DNA of 64,000 bases from the human T2T-CHM13v2.0 reference genome, Homo sapiens. Within the stretch, counting starts at the first letter, position 1; every line of letters begins with the position of its first letter. Positions 47,378 through 60,559 of this stretch are shown piece by piece. The notes below the pieces were generated by a model that saw only the letters and a list, made by a program, of their open reading frames with translations, had not been told where the DNA came from and searched no databases. The stretch lies in the NCBI RefSeq assembly GCF_009914755.1, contig NC_060930.1; one strand, 5' to 3'. Both the position numbers and the translations under genes were made by a program.

Positions 47378-48502
47378 GTAGGTATTCGATGTAATCAAAT
47401 ATTTATTGGTGATCTAGTATACATCACAACATGGCCCAGAACCTGCAGCGAACACTAAAAAACGTAAGCCACTTAAAACGTCTTATTTTAGCTTTCCTAT
47501 GAAAATCTAACAACACATATTAAAGACCCTGATTTCCAAAAATTCACGGGATGTGTACATGCTGGAGTACTCGAAACCCTAATCTTCTCAGTTCTGTGAT
47601 ATCAGGAAGCCAGTTTTGAAATCAAGCATGAAAATGTGGTGTGGTCAGTAAATATTTCCTAAGCTTAACATCTCCTCTTGGACCAACAGTAAAACGCATG
47701 ACTGTCCACATTTCATTCTCATTCAGTACAGGTGCATTGGCCCCTCTAAAAGTAAGGCAAATACCATTATTACATTGAATTGCAAACTCCCCGTCAGTGA
47801 CATAGGGAAAAATGACGGTCAAGATAGAACTCAGGCTGGACGCAGTGGCTCGTGCCTGTAATCCCAGCACTTTGGGAGGCTGAGGCAGGTGGATCACCTG
47901 AGGTCAGGAGTTCAAAACTAGCCTGGCCAACATGATGAAACCCCATCTCTACTAAAAATACAAAAATTAGCTGGGTGTGGTGGCGGGCACCTATAATCCT
48001 AGCTGCTCTGGAGGCTGAGATAGGAGTCTTCCTTGAACTTGGGGGGAGGAGGTTGCAGTGAGCTGAGATGGTGCCACTTCACTCCAGCCTGGGCGACAGA
48101 ACAAAACTCCGTCTCAAAAAAAGGAGAACTGAGCTTATGTTCTAATCTTGTTGCTTATCTGCATGGCCTTGGACAAGCTTGTCTGAGTTGATTTTCCTGA
48201 GAACAGGGTTAAAAGGAGATAACGTGTATCTGCAGTCATGGTGGGAGGCACCCCAAGGAGGAAAGATTAAGATGAGGGCCACGAGGCCTCAGCATGCAGC
48301 TCGCCCTTCATACCTGATGCAGAATTCGGCCCTAAGGGAAATGTGCCGAGTCCTGTGGTTCCCACCCTGCTTCACTGGGGAGGGTGTGGATGTTGTGGAC
48401 TTGGCACTTTTCTTAGTGCTTCCCGTCTGCACTGACGCACAGGCCTCAGGAGAGAAGGCCGTGTGGATGGCAATGATTGCAGGGTTTGTGTTCCCTCTTC
48501 AG

Positions 48503-48708
48503 CTGTCTCACTCTGCCAGACCAACAAAAACTGAGACTGAAGTCGCCAGTCCTGAGGAAGCAGGCTTGCCCCCAGTGGAAACACTCATTTGTCTTCAGTG
48601 GCGTAACCCCAGCTCAGCTGAGGCAGTCGAGCTTGGAGTTAACTGTCTGGGATCAGGCCCTCTTTGGAATGAACGACCGCTTGCTTGGAGGAACCAGACT
48701 TGGTTCAA
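48503..48708 (+). CDS. SYTL3: SYTL3 coding exon, C2B (CLTLPDQQKLRLKSPVLRKQACPQWKH...LELTVWD...LLGGTRLGS)
   Basis: cttcag acceptor, gtaagt donor; 206 nt, phase 2/1. Confidence 0.96.
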
Positions 48709-49693
48709 GTAAGTCTGAGACATTGAGCCCAAACGTTTATACTTTGTGATTATCCTAATGGGTACCGTGCAAAGAAAATGCTTCCACCAGGGCAGTGACT
48801 TAACTGGTTTTGAAATTGCCTAGCCTGCCTTAATTGGAAATGCCTAAGTCTAGTTTTTACTCTACAGCTGAGCCATAATACAGCCAAGTATTTTGACAAT
48901 TTAAATCAGATTTAGATCTGCTAAAGAAACAAAAATTATAGGCCTCCAAACGGGCTAGGTACAGTATTTGCTTTTGTTTCTGGCGTCAATCATAAAAGGA
49001 TTATTTTCTTAAATGAAAATATCTTCTTAAACAAATGGCAATTCAGAAAGTACTTCATCAAAAGTGGTCAGAACAGCAGTGCTGTCCAGAGCCGCTCGGC
49101 AGGGCACCGCCGGCATGGTAGGTGGACAGCCCTCTGCTGTGAGGTTCTGTGCCTGGCACTGCTTCTGGCTGCCAGCAGTGTCCCTGACATGATGACAACC
49201 AAAAACACCTGCACACATCTCCAAGGACCTCCAACTGAGAACCAGTGACTGAAGAGAAATAAGCTTCACTGCTCCATTGCTTTTCAAAGATATTTTGTCC
49301 AAAGCATACTGTCTTCCTCTAAGAATCCCTTCCCATGGGCAAGCCCAGCCCCCAGTCTGAGACGGCCCCACCCAGCTAGCCATGCTGGTGTGCAACTATC
49401 CACTCCCTTGGTGAAGACCCAGCCCACCAAACCAGAGTCCTCGCCTCACTTTCAAACTACAGAACTCCAGGCTGTTAGAGCCTCGCAGAGCAGAGGATGC
49501 CTGCGTGAATCCCAGTCTCAACACCAGCTTTGTTGGGGTGGGAGTGGTGGTGGCGGCGTCTGTCATCAGTGGTTGGCCTTTTAATGTGGACTTGAGGTGA
49601 AAAACTTCTGGCTGGTCATCATTTTTAAAGGGATGAGAGGGGATGAAGTGGTGCCCTCCCCGACCATGGCTAAATTGTCTTCCTCTCTTACAG

Positions 49694-49803
49694 AGGGAGA
49701 CACAGCTGTTGGCGGGGATGCATGCTCACAATCGAAGCTCCAGTGGCAGAAAGTCCTTTCCAGCCCCAATCTATGGACAGACATGACTCTTGTCCTGCAC
49801 TGA
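49694..49803 (+). CDS. SYTL3: SYTL3 terminal coding exon (GDTAVGGDACSQSKLQWQKVLSSPNLWTDMTLVLH*)
   Basis: ttacag acceptor; TGA at 49801-49803; Slp-type WQKxLxxPNxW C-terminus. Confidence 0.95.
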
Positions 49804-49859
49804 CATGAAGGCCTCAAGGTTCCAGGTTGCAGCAGGCGTGAGGCACTGTGCGTCTGCAG

Positions 49860-49952
49860 AGGGGCTACGAACCAGGTGCAGGGTCCCAGCTGGAGACCCC
49901 TTTGACCTTGAGCAGTCTCCATCTGCGGCCCTGTCCCATGGCTTAACCGCCT
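49860..49952 (-). ncRNA. MIR3918: MIR3918 precursor hairpin (mature ACAGGGCCGCAGAUGGAGACU at 49914-49934)
   Basis: imperfect inverted repeat cagggtcccagctggagac / gtctccatctgcggccctg; minus strand matches my recollection of hsa-miR-3918. Confidence 0.8.
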
Positions 49953-50048
49953 ATTGGTATCTGTGTATATTTACGTTAAACACAATTATGTTACCTAAGC
50001 CTCTGGTGGGTTATCTCCTCTTTGAGATGTAGAAAATGGCCAGATTTT

Positions 50049-50054
50049 AATAAA
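50049..50054 (+). terminator. SYTL3: SYTL3 polyadenylation signal AATAAA
   Basis: canonical hexamer about 245 nt after the stop codon. Confidence 0.85.
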
Positions 50055-50097
50055 CGTTGTTACCCATGTCCTCCAGTGCTTATCAAATGAGGTAAAA

Positions 50098-50737
<640 letters not shown>

Positions 50738-50998
50738 TATGAGGAGCATTTTAGAGGAGCCTGATGAGTGTTGGAGCAGTCTTTCTCTCCTGTGGAAACC
50801 ATCTCGAGGAGGTTAGGTGACCCATGGAGCACCATGTCTTGGGTTGGTCAGCTCCAACTTACCAGTGTACCCCCAGGGACACCACGGCCCCTCACAAAAC
50901 CTGGCCAGAGGACAGCATAGAGCCCAGACGAGTCGGCGGTAGCCCTCCCACCCCACACACAAGCACACACCCGTGCTGCTTCGTGCCTTTGCAAAGCT

Positions 50999-51004
50999 TT
51001 TATT
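50999..51004 (-). terminator. EZR: EZR distal polyadenylation signal AATAAA
   Basis: tttatt on + strand; GU-rich sequence (gtgtgtgcttgtgtgtgggg) follows on the minus strand; gives a 3'UTR of about 1.15 kb. Confidence 0.8.
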
Positions 51005-51379
51005 TCATGTCTGCGGCATGGAATCCACCTGCACATGGCATCTTAGCTGTGAAGGAGAAAGCAGTGCACGAGAAGGAATGAGTGGGCGGAACCAACGGCC
51101 TCCACAAGCTGCCTTCCAGCAGCCTGCCAAGGCCATGGCAGAGAGAGACTGCAAACAAACACAAGCAAACAGAGTCTCTTCACAGCTGGAGTCTGAAAGC
51201 TCATAGTGGCATGTGTGAATCTGACAAAATTAAAAGTGTGCATAGTCCATTACATGCATAAAACACTAATAATAATCCTGTTTACACGTGACTGCAGCAG
51301 GCAGGTCCAGCTCCACCACTGCCCTCCTGCCACATCACATCAAGTGCCATGGTTTAGAGGGTTTTTCATATGTAATTCT

Positions 51380-51385
51380 TTTATT
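51380..51385 (-). terminator. EZR: EZR candidate proximal polyadenylation signal AATAAA
   Basis: second canonical hexamer within the 3'UTR, downstream of a U-rich region. Confidence 0.5.
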
Positions 51386-52143
51386 CTGTAAAAGGTAACA
51401 AAATATACAGAACAAAACTTTCCCTTTTTAAAACTAATGTTACAAATCTGTATTATCACTTGTATATAAATAGTATATAGCTGATCATTAATAAGGTGTA
51501 TAAGTACAATGTATTCTAAAACTGTTAAGCAAAAAAAAAAAAAACTAAAAAAAATCCAAGTGTCCTCCTCCACCACTCACGCTGGTGATCACTGTGCTCT
51601 CTGCCAGCTGCGTGGAGTGACGGGAGGAGGGAATCACTGTGTGTGCGAGAGTGCTTCAGACTCAATTTCCAAAATAATTTTCACCCCTCTAAGCATGTAA
51701 ATATACAAAGATGGATCCTTCATAGAAATTAAAAAATCAATTTGAGCTCATTTCGAATACAGAACAAGTATGGCACAGATGGAAGTCCTGCCACGTTTCC
51801 TTTAATGATGCTGACTCTTGTATCACACAGGCCAGCATGAAGTTTCTTACTCAGACTTTACAGGCATTTTCCGTAATTCAATCAGTCCTGCTCCCAGCAC
51901 AACACAGGAGGTGATTCGAGAATAATCGCGAGAATCAGGCCTGCTTGGCACTATTACAACTGGGGAAAACAAACCAGGGCGCCTCCCTGGTTCCCAGCCC
52001 AGAATGTTTCTGTTGGGTAACTGCTTTCTAAAGGAACTGGGATCTGAGGGAGTTCCTAGACTTGGAGCACTAAAGACACAAGCGTGGCGGGGCTGGCAGC
52101 GCCCGCTATGAGCACCCCTCTGCCCTTGGTCCTGGCCTGGCTG

Positions 52144-52308
52144 TTACAGGGCCTCGAACTCGTCGATGCGCTGCTTGGTGTTGCCCTGCCGGATCTGCCG
52201 CAGCGTCTTGTACTTGTCCCGGCCTTGCCTCATGTTCTCGTTGTGGATGATGTCATTGTGGGTCCTCTTATTCTCATCTCGGGCCTGGGACAGCTCGCTG
52301 CTCAGCGT
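52144..52308 (-). CDS. EZR: EZR terminal coding exon, C-ERMAD actin-binding tail (…[26 protein letters not shown]); T567 codon at 52204-52206
   Basis: ttacag acceptor; TAA at 52144-52146; FEAL C-terminus diagnostic for ezrin. Confidence 0.98.
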   Translation of the reverse strand, partial: TLSSELSQARDENKRTHNDIIHNENMRQGRDKYKTLRQIRQGNTKQRIDEFEAL

Positions 52309-52490
52309 CTGTAACATTAAGCAGCGTTGGTCTAGTCCCTTCCTCCCCATATGGCCCGGCCCGTCCCCTAGGAAAACAGGAAGGGCAAGAGGGGTGCTGG
52401 GTGGGGCTGGCTCACATCACTGCCCTCCCCAAGCCTGTCTGCTCCAAAAGCGAGGCAGGCTCCCTGGAGACAGAGCCCCTTGGGCCTCAC

Positions 52491-52742
52491 CAGCAGCTGC
52501 CGCTGCACACGCTCGTTCTTCTCTGCCTCAGTGATGCGCTTCTCCTCATTGCGGTCATCCCGGATGCCCTCACTAGACAGCTCCGCGCTGTAGCCCGTGG
52601 GCTCTGCGCCCTCATCCTGCAAGCTCTCCTGGACATGGTAGCTCACCGGCTCGTACACGGGGGGTGGTGGGGGCGGGGGTGCTGTCATCACCAGGTGCAG
52701 CTCCTCCTTGGTCTTCACCAGGTCATCCTGGGCTTCTTTGGC
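52491..52742 (-). CDS. EZR: EZR coding exon (AKEAQDDLVKTKEELHLVMTAPPPPPPPVYEPV...KNERVQRQLL)
   Basis: aag acceptor, gtgag donor; 252 nt; polyproline tract followed by ezrin-specific VYEPV. Confidence 0.97.
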
Positions 52743-53277
52743 CTTTGGAAAGCAAATTAATAAGAGGACTTCTCACCCAGAAGTCCTATCCTCCTGGCTA
52801 TGAGAACAGACTGTCACCTCCCTCTGTCCTGGCAGGCTAAGGCAGCACTGAACTGTGCTGGGCTGTGGCTTCGAAGAGGAGCACCCTCAGGGTGCATGGG
52901 GGGTTTACAACCCTCTGCGTCCAAGACAGGAAGAGGAACTGTGATGCCGGAACCTGGGCAGTTTTAAAACTACCATTTCTTTTTTTACCTGTAACTCTAG
53001 ACATTATATAATTTTTAGAAAAAAAATCCTGTTAGCATGAGTAACGGGCTCTGTTCCTAGCCTCCCTTCATGCCACAGTCATTATCAAGTGCTCTCCTGC
53101 TCGCCACTTGCAGTCCTTCCAACAGCTTCACACACACCCAGTCCCGCCCGCCTCCATCCCAGCCAGCCCTAGAGTTGAGCTTAGTGTGGATCTGCTTTGT
53201 AGCCAGCTCTCCTCACTTAACAGGTACTTTCTCCAAAAACCTAAGAACCAAAGTCTTCCGCTTGCAACTTGGGATGG

Positions 53278-53641
53278 TGATATGGCTGTGTCCCCACCCA
53301 AATCTCATCTCCACCTGTAATCCCCCCATGCTGGGGGTGGGGGGCATTACCTGGTGGGAGGTGACTGGATTACGGGGTGGTTTCCCCTATGCTGTTCTCG
53401 TGCTAGTGGGTGGGTTCTGAGCAAGAGCTGATGGTTTCAGTGTTTGGCATTACCCCCCTTTGCTTTTCTCTCTTCTGCCCTCATGTAAGAGGTGCCTGCT
53501 TCCCCTTCGCCTTCTGCCACGATTGTAAATTTCCTGAGGCCTCCCCCAGCCATGTGGGACTGTGAGTCAATTAAACCTCTTTTCTTTAACTACCCAGTCT
53601 CAGCTTGTTCTTTATAGCCGTTGTGAGAACAGCCTAATACA
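53278..53641 (+). mobile_element. MSTA/THE1-like solo LTR in an EZR intron
   Basis: TG...CA ends, tgtgtccccacccaaatctcat and tgtgagtcaattaaacctct motifs, 5-bp TSD gatgg/gatcg. Confidence 0.85.
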
Positions 53642-54555
53642 GATCGGCAGCGGGAATGGGGGCTGGAACAGAGGCAAGGAGGTACTAGGCAGCAGCAGCC
53701 CTGGACAGCCGGGAGACACGTCCCCAGAAGGCACCTCCACAGATGGAGAAGCCACAGTGGGGGAAGGACAGGCCAGCGGGTCTGTGAAGGAGAGGAGCTG
53801 CTTAAAGCCTGGTGTGCAGTCTCCAGTGGGAACCATCCCCAGAGCTTCTCAGGGGCTGTGCCTTCCTGGAGGGCACAGGGGATCCCAGACGGAGCGACAA
53901 GCTCTGTGTGCGTCCCACAATGAGAGCTACAGCTGACTAAACCTCTGTGCTAGGTCCTGGGCATGGGACCTCGCATCTGCAGAGCAACCTTATGAGTTGG
54001 GTATTGCCCCCATTCTACAATGAGGAAAATGAGGCTTGAAGAAGTGATGCTACTAGCCCCCAAATAGCTGATGAGCAGCAGAGCCCAGCTCTCACTCCAG
54101 CCTGGAGACGTCCAAGGAGCTGGATCTTTCCATGGTGCCCGCTGTATATACTAGCTGCAGGAGGTCGTGTTTCAGGCACTGCGACCCCATTGCAAGGGGC
54201 ACATATATAATTAGATGTAAAACCAGTTCCTGACCGGGGGCTGTCAGATCAGCACTGAACAGTTCGGGGTGGAGGGAGCAAAGTGGGTGAAAGTCAATCA
54301 GAGGTCCTCCCTCTATGAATCCAGCAGCTGCACTGACTCGTGTACAAAGTCAAACCCATCTCTTTGGGGATGTCTACTTCAATAGTACAGCTGGTATTGG
54401 CAGAGGATCATGAGACATCCCAGAAGCTTCCAGTGGGATGTGGCAGCTTGAGCCAGACCTCTCCCCCAACCCACCCACCTGCAGAAGGGCCCCACCGCAG
54501 GCAATTGGGCAACAGGTGCTGTGGCCGTGCGGAGGTGTCCCCCGTGCAGACTCAC

Positions 54556-54648
54556 CCTGTGCTGCCACTCTTCAACTTCATCCTCCTTGCGCCTCCGCGC
54601 CTCTTCCAGGAGGGCAATCTTGGCAGTGTATTCTGCAAGCTCCGCAGC
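54556..54648 (-). CDS. EZR: EZR coding exon ([31 protein letters not shown])
   Basis: cccag acceptor, gtgag donor; 93 nt, phase 0/0. Confidence 0.97.
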
Positions 54649-55013
54649 CTGGGAAGGGAATGCCAAGCTCACGTCAGTTCTGATATCCTTTCAACGGAGT
54701 CCAGTTGTGAATGAGTGTTCATGTGTGTTGGCAAGCAGTCTCCAACGTGACACCTGAGTCCCCGCCACCCCCACTCCATGGCCAGCAGGGTCCATTGTGC
54801 ACCCCCGGCATCTCTTCCTGGATGCCCACACCCACCTTCAATGGGTGACCCTGGCAACAGCCCAGCCCCTTCCCCACCAGCTGCCTTCAGCCCCCCAGCA
54901 GATCAGTTTACAGCTTCCAGTCATGACAATTATTACAAGGCAGGTGTCACATTTTCCATCCTCAGAAGCAGCCTCTCTATAATTCAGCATCTTGAAAGTC
55001 AGGCCATTCCTAC

Positions 55014-55174
55014 CAGCTGCTCCTGGCTCTTTATCTGATCCACCGCCTGTCTCTCCAGCTCCTCCTTAGCCCGCAGTGCAGCCATACGGTCAGCCTCTAG
55101 GCGCTCGGCCTCCTCCTGTGCCCGCTTCCTCTCCTCCTCCAGCTGCAGGGCCCTCTGAATCTGCTCCGAGAGCT
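55014..55174 (-). CDS. EZR: EZR coding exon (ELSEQIQRALQLEEERKRAQEEAERLEADRMAALRAKEELERQAVDQIKSQEQL)
   Basis: ttgcag acceptor, gtagg donor; 161 nt; coiled-coil sequence. Confidence 0.96.
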
Positions 55175-55993
55175 CTGCAAAGACACAAAGCCAGAGCCAT
55201 TCAAACCCTCAGCCCAGGGACCTAGGAGCCCTCGCTTTCCATTCCCACCCCCAAAGCCACAGAGCCCTAGACCAAGTCACAGGTTGAGGGGATGTCTTCC
55301 AGTGACCCTGGAGGAAAGCACTTCACAGAGCTCATTGCTGCTGTATCCATGACAACTTCCTCAAGATGGCTAGAAACCCGTCCAACGCCAGCCAGGCGCC
55401 CTCTCTCTGGCATGCCTGACTCAACCCTCTTGGCGCTACTCTCCCCAGGTCAGCCGCCCGCTGTGCTGGTGGTCCACACTCCACTCAGAACACAGAACAC
55501 CCTTCCCATGTGTGCTGTAAGGGCTGCCAGTGAATACAGCATCTGTGGCGCCTTGTGTAATCGGCCCAGCTGCTGGGGTTGTTGACTGGAGCTGTGCTGG
55601 GAAGTCTGGCTCTGAACACGCCTTTGGGTTTTAGTCTAGAGGTCGAGGGCAGTGCAGCATGGCCCTGTCAGTCATGGGCTGGGGGACTGTGGGCAAATCA
55701 CTGTACCGCACCAAACCTTACTGTCCTCATCGGGGAAACTGGGTGATTGAGCACTTACCGCAAAAGACTAGGGAAATTTTAAAATACAAAGTCTTAGAAC
55801 AACTAGCATCAAAGTTAAATAAGTACAGAACTGTTTTCCAAACCAAATAACCATTTTATCATTTCGGCTGTGAGTCTGCGCTGTGGGACACGTTCTTGGT
55901 TTCCTTCCTGGTGAGTGGGTGGGTGGGTGTGGCCCCTGCTACTCTGTGGAAATGCATGACCCAGTGTAGAGTGCCAGCCCCAGGGCGCCTGAC

Positions 55994-56124
55994 CTCTCTC
56001 TGCCTTCTTTGTCTTCTCCTCATAGTCCTGCAGCCGCAGCATCAACTCCTCCTTCTCGCGCATCATCTGCTCTTTCTCTCTCTCCACGGTTTCTCTCCTT
56101 TTCTTCTCTGTTTCCAGCTGTTGC
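55994..56124 (-). CDS. EZR: EZR coding exon (QQLETEKKRRETVEREKEQMMREKEELMLRLQDYEEKTKKAER; includes Y354)
   Basis: cag acceptor, gtcagg donor; 131 nt, phase 2/1. Confidence 0.97.
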
Positions 56125-56474
56125 CTGGTGCAGGGAAAAAGAGGCACAGGGAGATTTAGACTCTGGCAGGAAAGTGAGGGGTCAACACACTTCACGGGTA
56201 CTTGAAGCTCCAGGATGGACTTGGTATCCTGAGGGCCACCCTGGCCTGCTGCCAGCCTGAGCTGCCTGACGGAGCAGCCGCTCCAGGGCTGACAACAGGC
56301 TCAGCACCACAGCAACCGCCCAGAGACAAAGGCCTCGAAGATCCCAGCGTGGTGACTGGGTTCCATTCCACCACACTCTCCCCATCAGCTCCACAGTCAC
56401 CTGACAGGCACTGGGGCTGCCAGTGGCTGAGTTGGGAGAACACAGGCCCCCCCCACTCTGGCCTCACGCGCTCA

Positions 56475-56639
<165 letters not shown>

Positions 56640-56769
56640 CTACAAAACAGAACAGGGCCACCTGGACTCAAGCTCCTTCGTTTGGTTTTCTTCTCCAAAC
56701 CATCCTTCACAAAGGTCCAGAACTTTTCTAAAAGAACAAATGTAGCAGAACAGGGATGGCAGCATCTCG

Positions 56770-56929
56770 GCACTGGGAATGTGCATTCTCCAGGACAGAT
56801 GGAGGAAGGGCACGTGCCGCGTGTGTGTGCGGTTATGTGTGGGTATGTAGCACTGGGAAAGTGCATTCTCTGGGACGGGTGGAGGAAGGGCAGGTGCCGC
56901 GTGTGTGTGCAGTTGTGTGTGGGTAGGGA
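56770..56929. repeat. 80-bp tandem duplication in EZR intron
   Basis: gcactgggaa...gtgcattctc...ggaggaagggca.gtgccgcgtgtgtgtgc begins at 56770 and again at 56850. Confidence 0.92.
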
Positions 56930-59901
56930 CATCCTGCATGCACACTGAAATGCCACTGCACGTTAACTGCAAAGCTTTTCCAAGGTGAGAACTCTCAGCC
57001 TTGGGAAACCTTTCAAGTCTCAGAGCTGCCTGCTCTTCCAGGTAGCCACCTTTCATGATGTCCTCTCCAGCCTCACTGCTGCTCCCCATCCCCGATGCTT
57101 GCCTGGACTGCCTCTGCTTCTATTTGGGCTTCCTGTCTCCTCTGCCACAGCCTCCCCTCCCACACTGTTATTGCTACACTGACTGGGTCACCACCCCGAC
57201 CCATCACTGCCAGCCTGGGAGCTCCAGGATGAGCTCCAGGGCCTGGGCCCAACCCACACAGAGACCTTCCAGCTCTGGGCCCAGCCTCCGCTGTGCACTC
57301 GGTTCTCTCTCCTCAAAGCTATCCAGCCCTGCTCCTGCCACACCAGCTACAGGTACTCGCCGCAGTGGCACTGTCACTTCACTCCAGTGACTCCTTTCAG
57401 CATCTCACTCCTATGAGGCCATCAGCTCCCAAGGGCAGGGGCCACACATTCACTCATCTCTTATCTTCCCAGGGTATTTGAGGTGTGCAGTACCTGCCAG
57501 GCACTGCCAGCTCGTGCAGCACAGCCAGCCACGTGCGAGCTCCACAGCCTTGAGCACATCCCTTCACCAGGCTCAGTGCCTTCAACCATAAGGCGGGGAT
57601 GCCGGTATCTCAAGGGACTTCAGATATGGGACTCAATCCTCCCAGCAGTCCCATTAGATGCTGGCGTCCCCGCCTTATCGGTGACGTTCAGGAGGTGCTC
57701 GGCGCAGGAAGAGCTGGCTGACACACACAGCGGTCACTCCAATTGCTAGTGCCTTGCAAGACCACAACCAGAGGAGCCTCCTGGAAAACAAGGCAGAATC
57801 ACAGCCTTCGGGAAACTCGTGACCATGACTGGAAACATTTGGGACACAGCTGACAATCTTGGTCCCAACTCCTTGCTACTGCTGTGATTAGCTTACAAGA
57901 CAGAAGAATATGGTTTAGAAACTCCCATGAAAAGTTATTTTTCAGTGACTCTGTTGGCTTCCTCTTAACCTCAGGGCCCCCAGCATCCAGCTTCTGACCA
58001 TTTGGAACAGAGGGACAGGGTGGCTAAAACAAAAAAACAGTGCGATATATCCCACAGCAACTTCTGAGACCTAACGAGGAACCGGCTGAGCGGGCTCATC
58101 AACACATCCGAGAAGAATCTATTTAGCTTCAGTCTTTTCATCTGTTCCAGAAATCCTAGGGTGAGAGGTGATGCCAAGCCCTGAGAGCCCATGAACTTCC
58201 TGGGTGGGGCTGTCTTTGGGGTTTCACACCCTTGCTGTTAAGTCATTGGGTTTCCCAGGGAGGAGTCTGTGGAGCTGGGAGCAATCGGCATTTTTATGAC
58301 CCACCTATCCCTTATTACACAAGAGGAAACAATCCTGCATTACAGCTTTGGAGGACTCTACCAAATAGGCCCTGACTCAGAAAACGCTGATTAGCACCAA
58401 CTCCCCTTTATGGGGTTGTGGGGGTGCATGGGTGGGGGGATCAATGAAAAACCTCAATGGTTAACATAACAATGTCTCCCTCTCTCCCTTTCCCTGCAGA
58501 AGACAGGTCCTGCCAGCAACGGGAACCAGAATTTGGGGAGTCCACTGCCAGTGGGTGAGGGAGGATGGTGCCTGGCAGGAAATCTCTCCCAGTGCCTTTG
58601 AAGGAAGCCGGTTTCTCACTTCAAGTTAAAACAAAGACTCATACTGAAATGTTTCTAAATCCAAGTCCCTAACCTGATGCAGGATGCAGCTTCCTGATGC
58701 AGAACCACAACACGACAAGACCTGGAGCAGGGTTTTTAAACTGGCCGAGGACCAGCAAGGTAAAAATGCAAACCAGGCACAAGGAAAGTTCAAGAAAAAT
58801 AAACCCAAGACCCTACAAATACAGAAGGAGAGAAGGTAAAAGAGCCCCTTTTCAAGTCCCCAGGATGCCAAGAAACTCTCCCACAAGAGGCCAATCCCAA
58901 GGCTCATCTGGCCGCAGAGATGGCAGGAGGCAGCCGCGGGAGGCAAAAAGGCAGCGGGGCTCCTGGGAAGGTCACGTGGGGGAAGCGGCCGAGGAGTCAG
59001 AGCGGAAACGCTGCTTACTTTCTCCAAATTTCAGATGCCTCAGAGCCTTCTGCCTTTTCCACAAGGCCACAGGAACAAAACGCCCTTTTGAAAGGGAAAA
59101 GGCAGCCGCCTCAGCCCCTCATAGTGTCACCTGGGCAGGCCGTGTCAGCTGTATACAAGGTCCCATCTAAAGAGCCAAAGTGTGGCCCCAAACTGCTGTA
59201 TGCACCTTGGCAGGGAAGAGAAGCTGGCTTTTAAAAAGGAGACGCCAGTTGTTGGGTGAGAACTGGACAAAGACTCATTTGTGAGTTCACAGCAGAAACC
59301 GCCTGGGGTGAAGATGACCCGTGAAAGTCAACACAAGATAAGGAATCCCACCGCCTCAAACTTTGGGCCTCTTCTTTTTTACATGAAAGTTCGATGTCGA
59401 AAACTTGAACTTCTTCTGCCCAAAGTTTACAGACTGAGGTGGGGCAGTGCCTCGAGCAGCCCTGGGGTGCTGTGGGGGTGACAGAACTCCACCTCCTCAA
59501 ACCAGCAGTGCCCACTCAAGGCAAATGCTGCCTCCTCAGTGTGGCTCCTGCCCAACCTGCCTAAAGGAATCTCACCCCCATCTTCTGATCCGGCTTAGTT
59601 TTTAATCACAGCTGTTCTGTTAAATTTACTACCAGGAAGCATCTCAGTTGCCTTTTTAACCCTTTCCTTCACGTAAATGTAGGCTCACCAGGGTAGGAGC
59701 TTTGCCTTGTTGATGGTGCACACAGCCCTGGAAGAGTGCCTGGGACAGCGTGCCACCAGCGAATGTTTCTTTTGCTTACGAGATGGCTTCACATGAGGCT
59801 ACTCTATAATAAAGGCACATGCACGAGATGCGTTACAATGGCTTCTGCTTGGGGCTTATTATGAAAATATTCTTCAGCTTTTCAAGAGATGGACTTATCA
59901 T

Positions 59902-59904
<3 letters not shown>

Positions 59905-59940
<36 letters not shown>

Positions 59941-59945
59941 GCACA
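59905..59945. repeat. (CA)n microsatellite
   Basis: direct inspection. Confidence 0.95.
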
Positions 59946-60260
59946 AACATTCTGAAACAGTCTAGTCCAGAGCTTCTGCTCTAGTCAAATTTTTAATAAG
60001 TGTTCTGAAAAGGCAGTAGCGTCACAGAGTACGTAGTAGCCTACTGATGAAGAGATTTCAGCATTTTCTTGCTCTTCTAAACTGTGCCAATCTTACTACC
60101 CAAGTGACATGAAGACGCTATGACCCTCCATTCATGCTGTTGCATAATATGAACTGCTGCCATGGAGCCTTAGAGTCTGCATTCAATACGCGTTTAATTT
60201 TAAATAACCGTGCAACTACCCACAGAGTAGCAGCCAAGAGTTTGCAAACAGCAGGAGCCC

Positions 60261-60559
60261 TTTTTTTTTTTTTTTTTTTTGAGACGGAGTCTAGCTCTGT
60301 CACCCAGGCTTGAGTGCAGTGGCGATCTCAGCTCACTGCAACCTCCGCTTCCTGGGTTCAAGCGATTCTCCTGCCTCAGCCTCCCGAGCAGCTGAGATTA
60401 CAGGCGCCCACCACCACGCCCAGATAATTTTTGTATTTTTAGTAGAGATGGGGTTTTCACTGTGTTGGCCAGGCTGGTCTCGAACTCCTGACCTCGTGAT
60501 TCGGCCATCTCAGCCTCCCAAGGTCCTGGGATTACAGGCGTGAGCCACTGAGCCTGGCC
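60261..60559 (-). repeat. Alu in EZR intron
   Basis: poly-T followed by reverse Alu consensus. Confidence 0.92.

Noticed and set aside
58626-59234. Overlapping 100-157 aa ORFs in the EZR intron
   Set aside because: GC-rich intronic sequence with no recognisable homology, splice structure or codon pattern.
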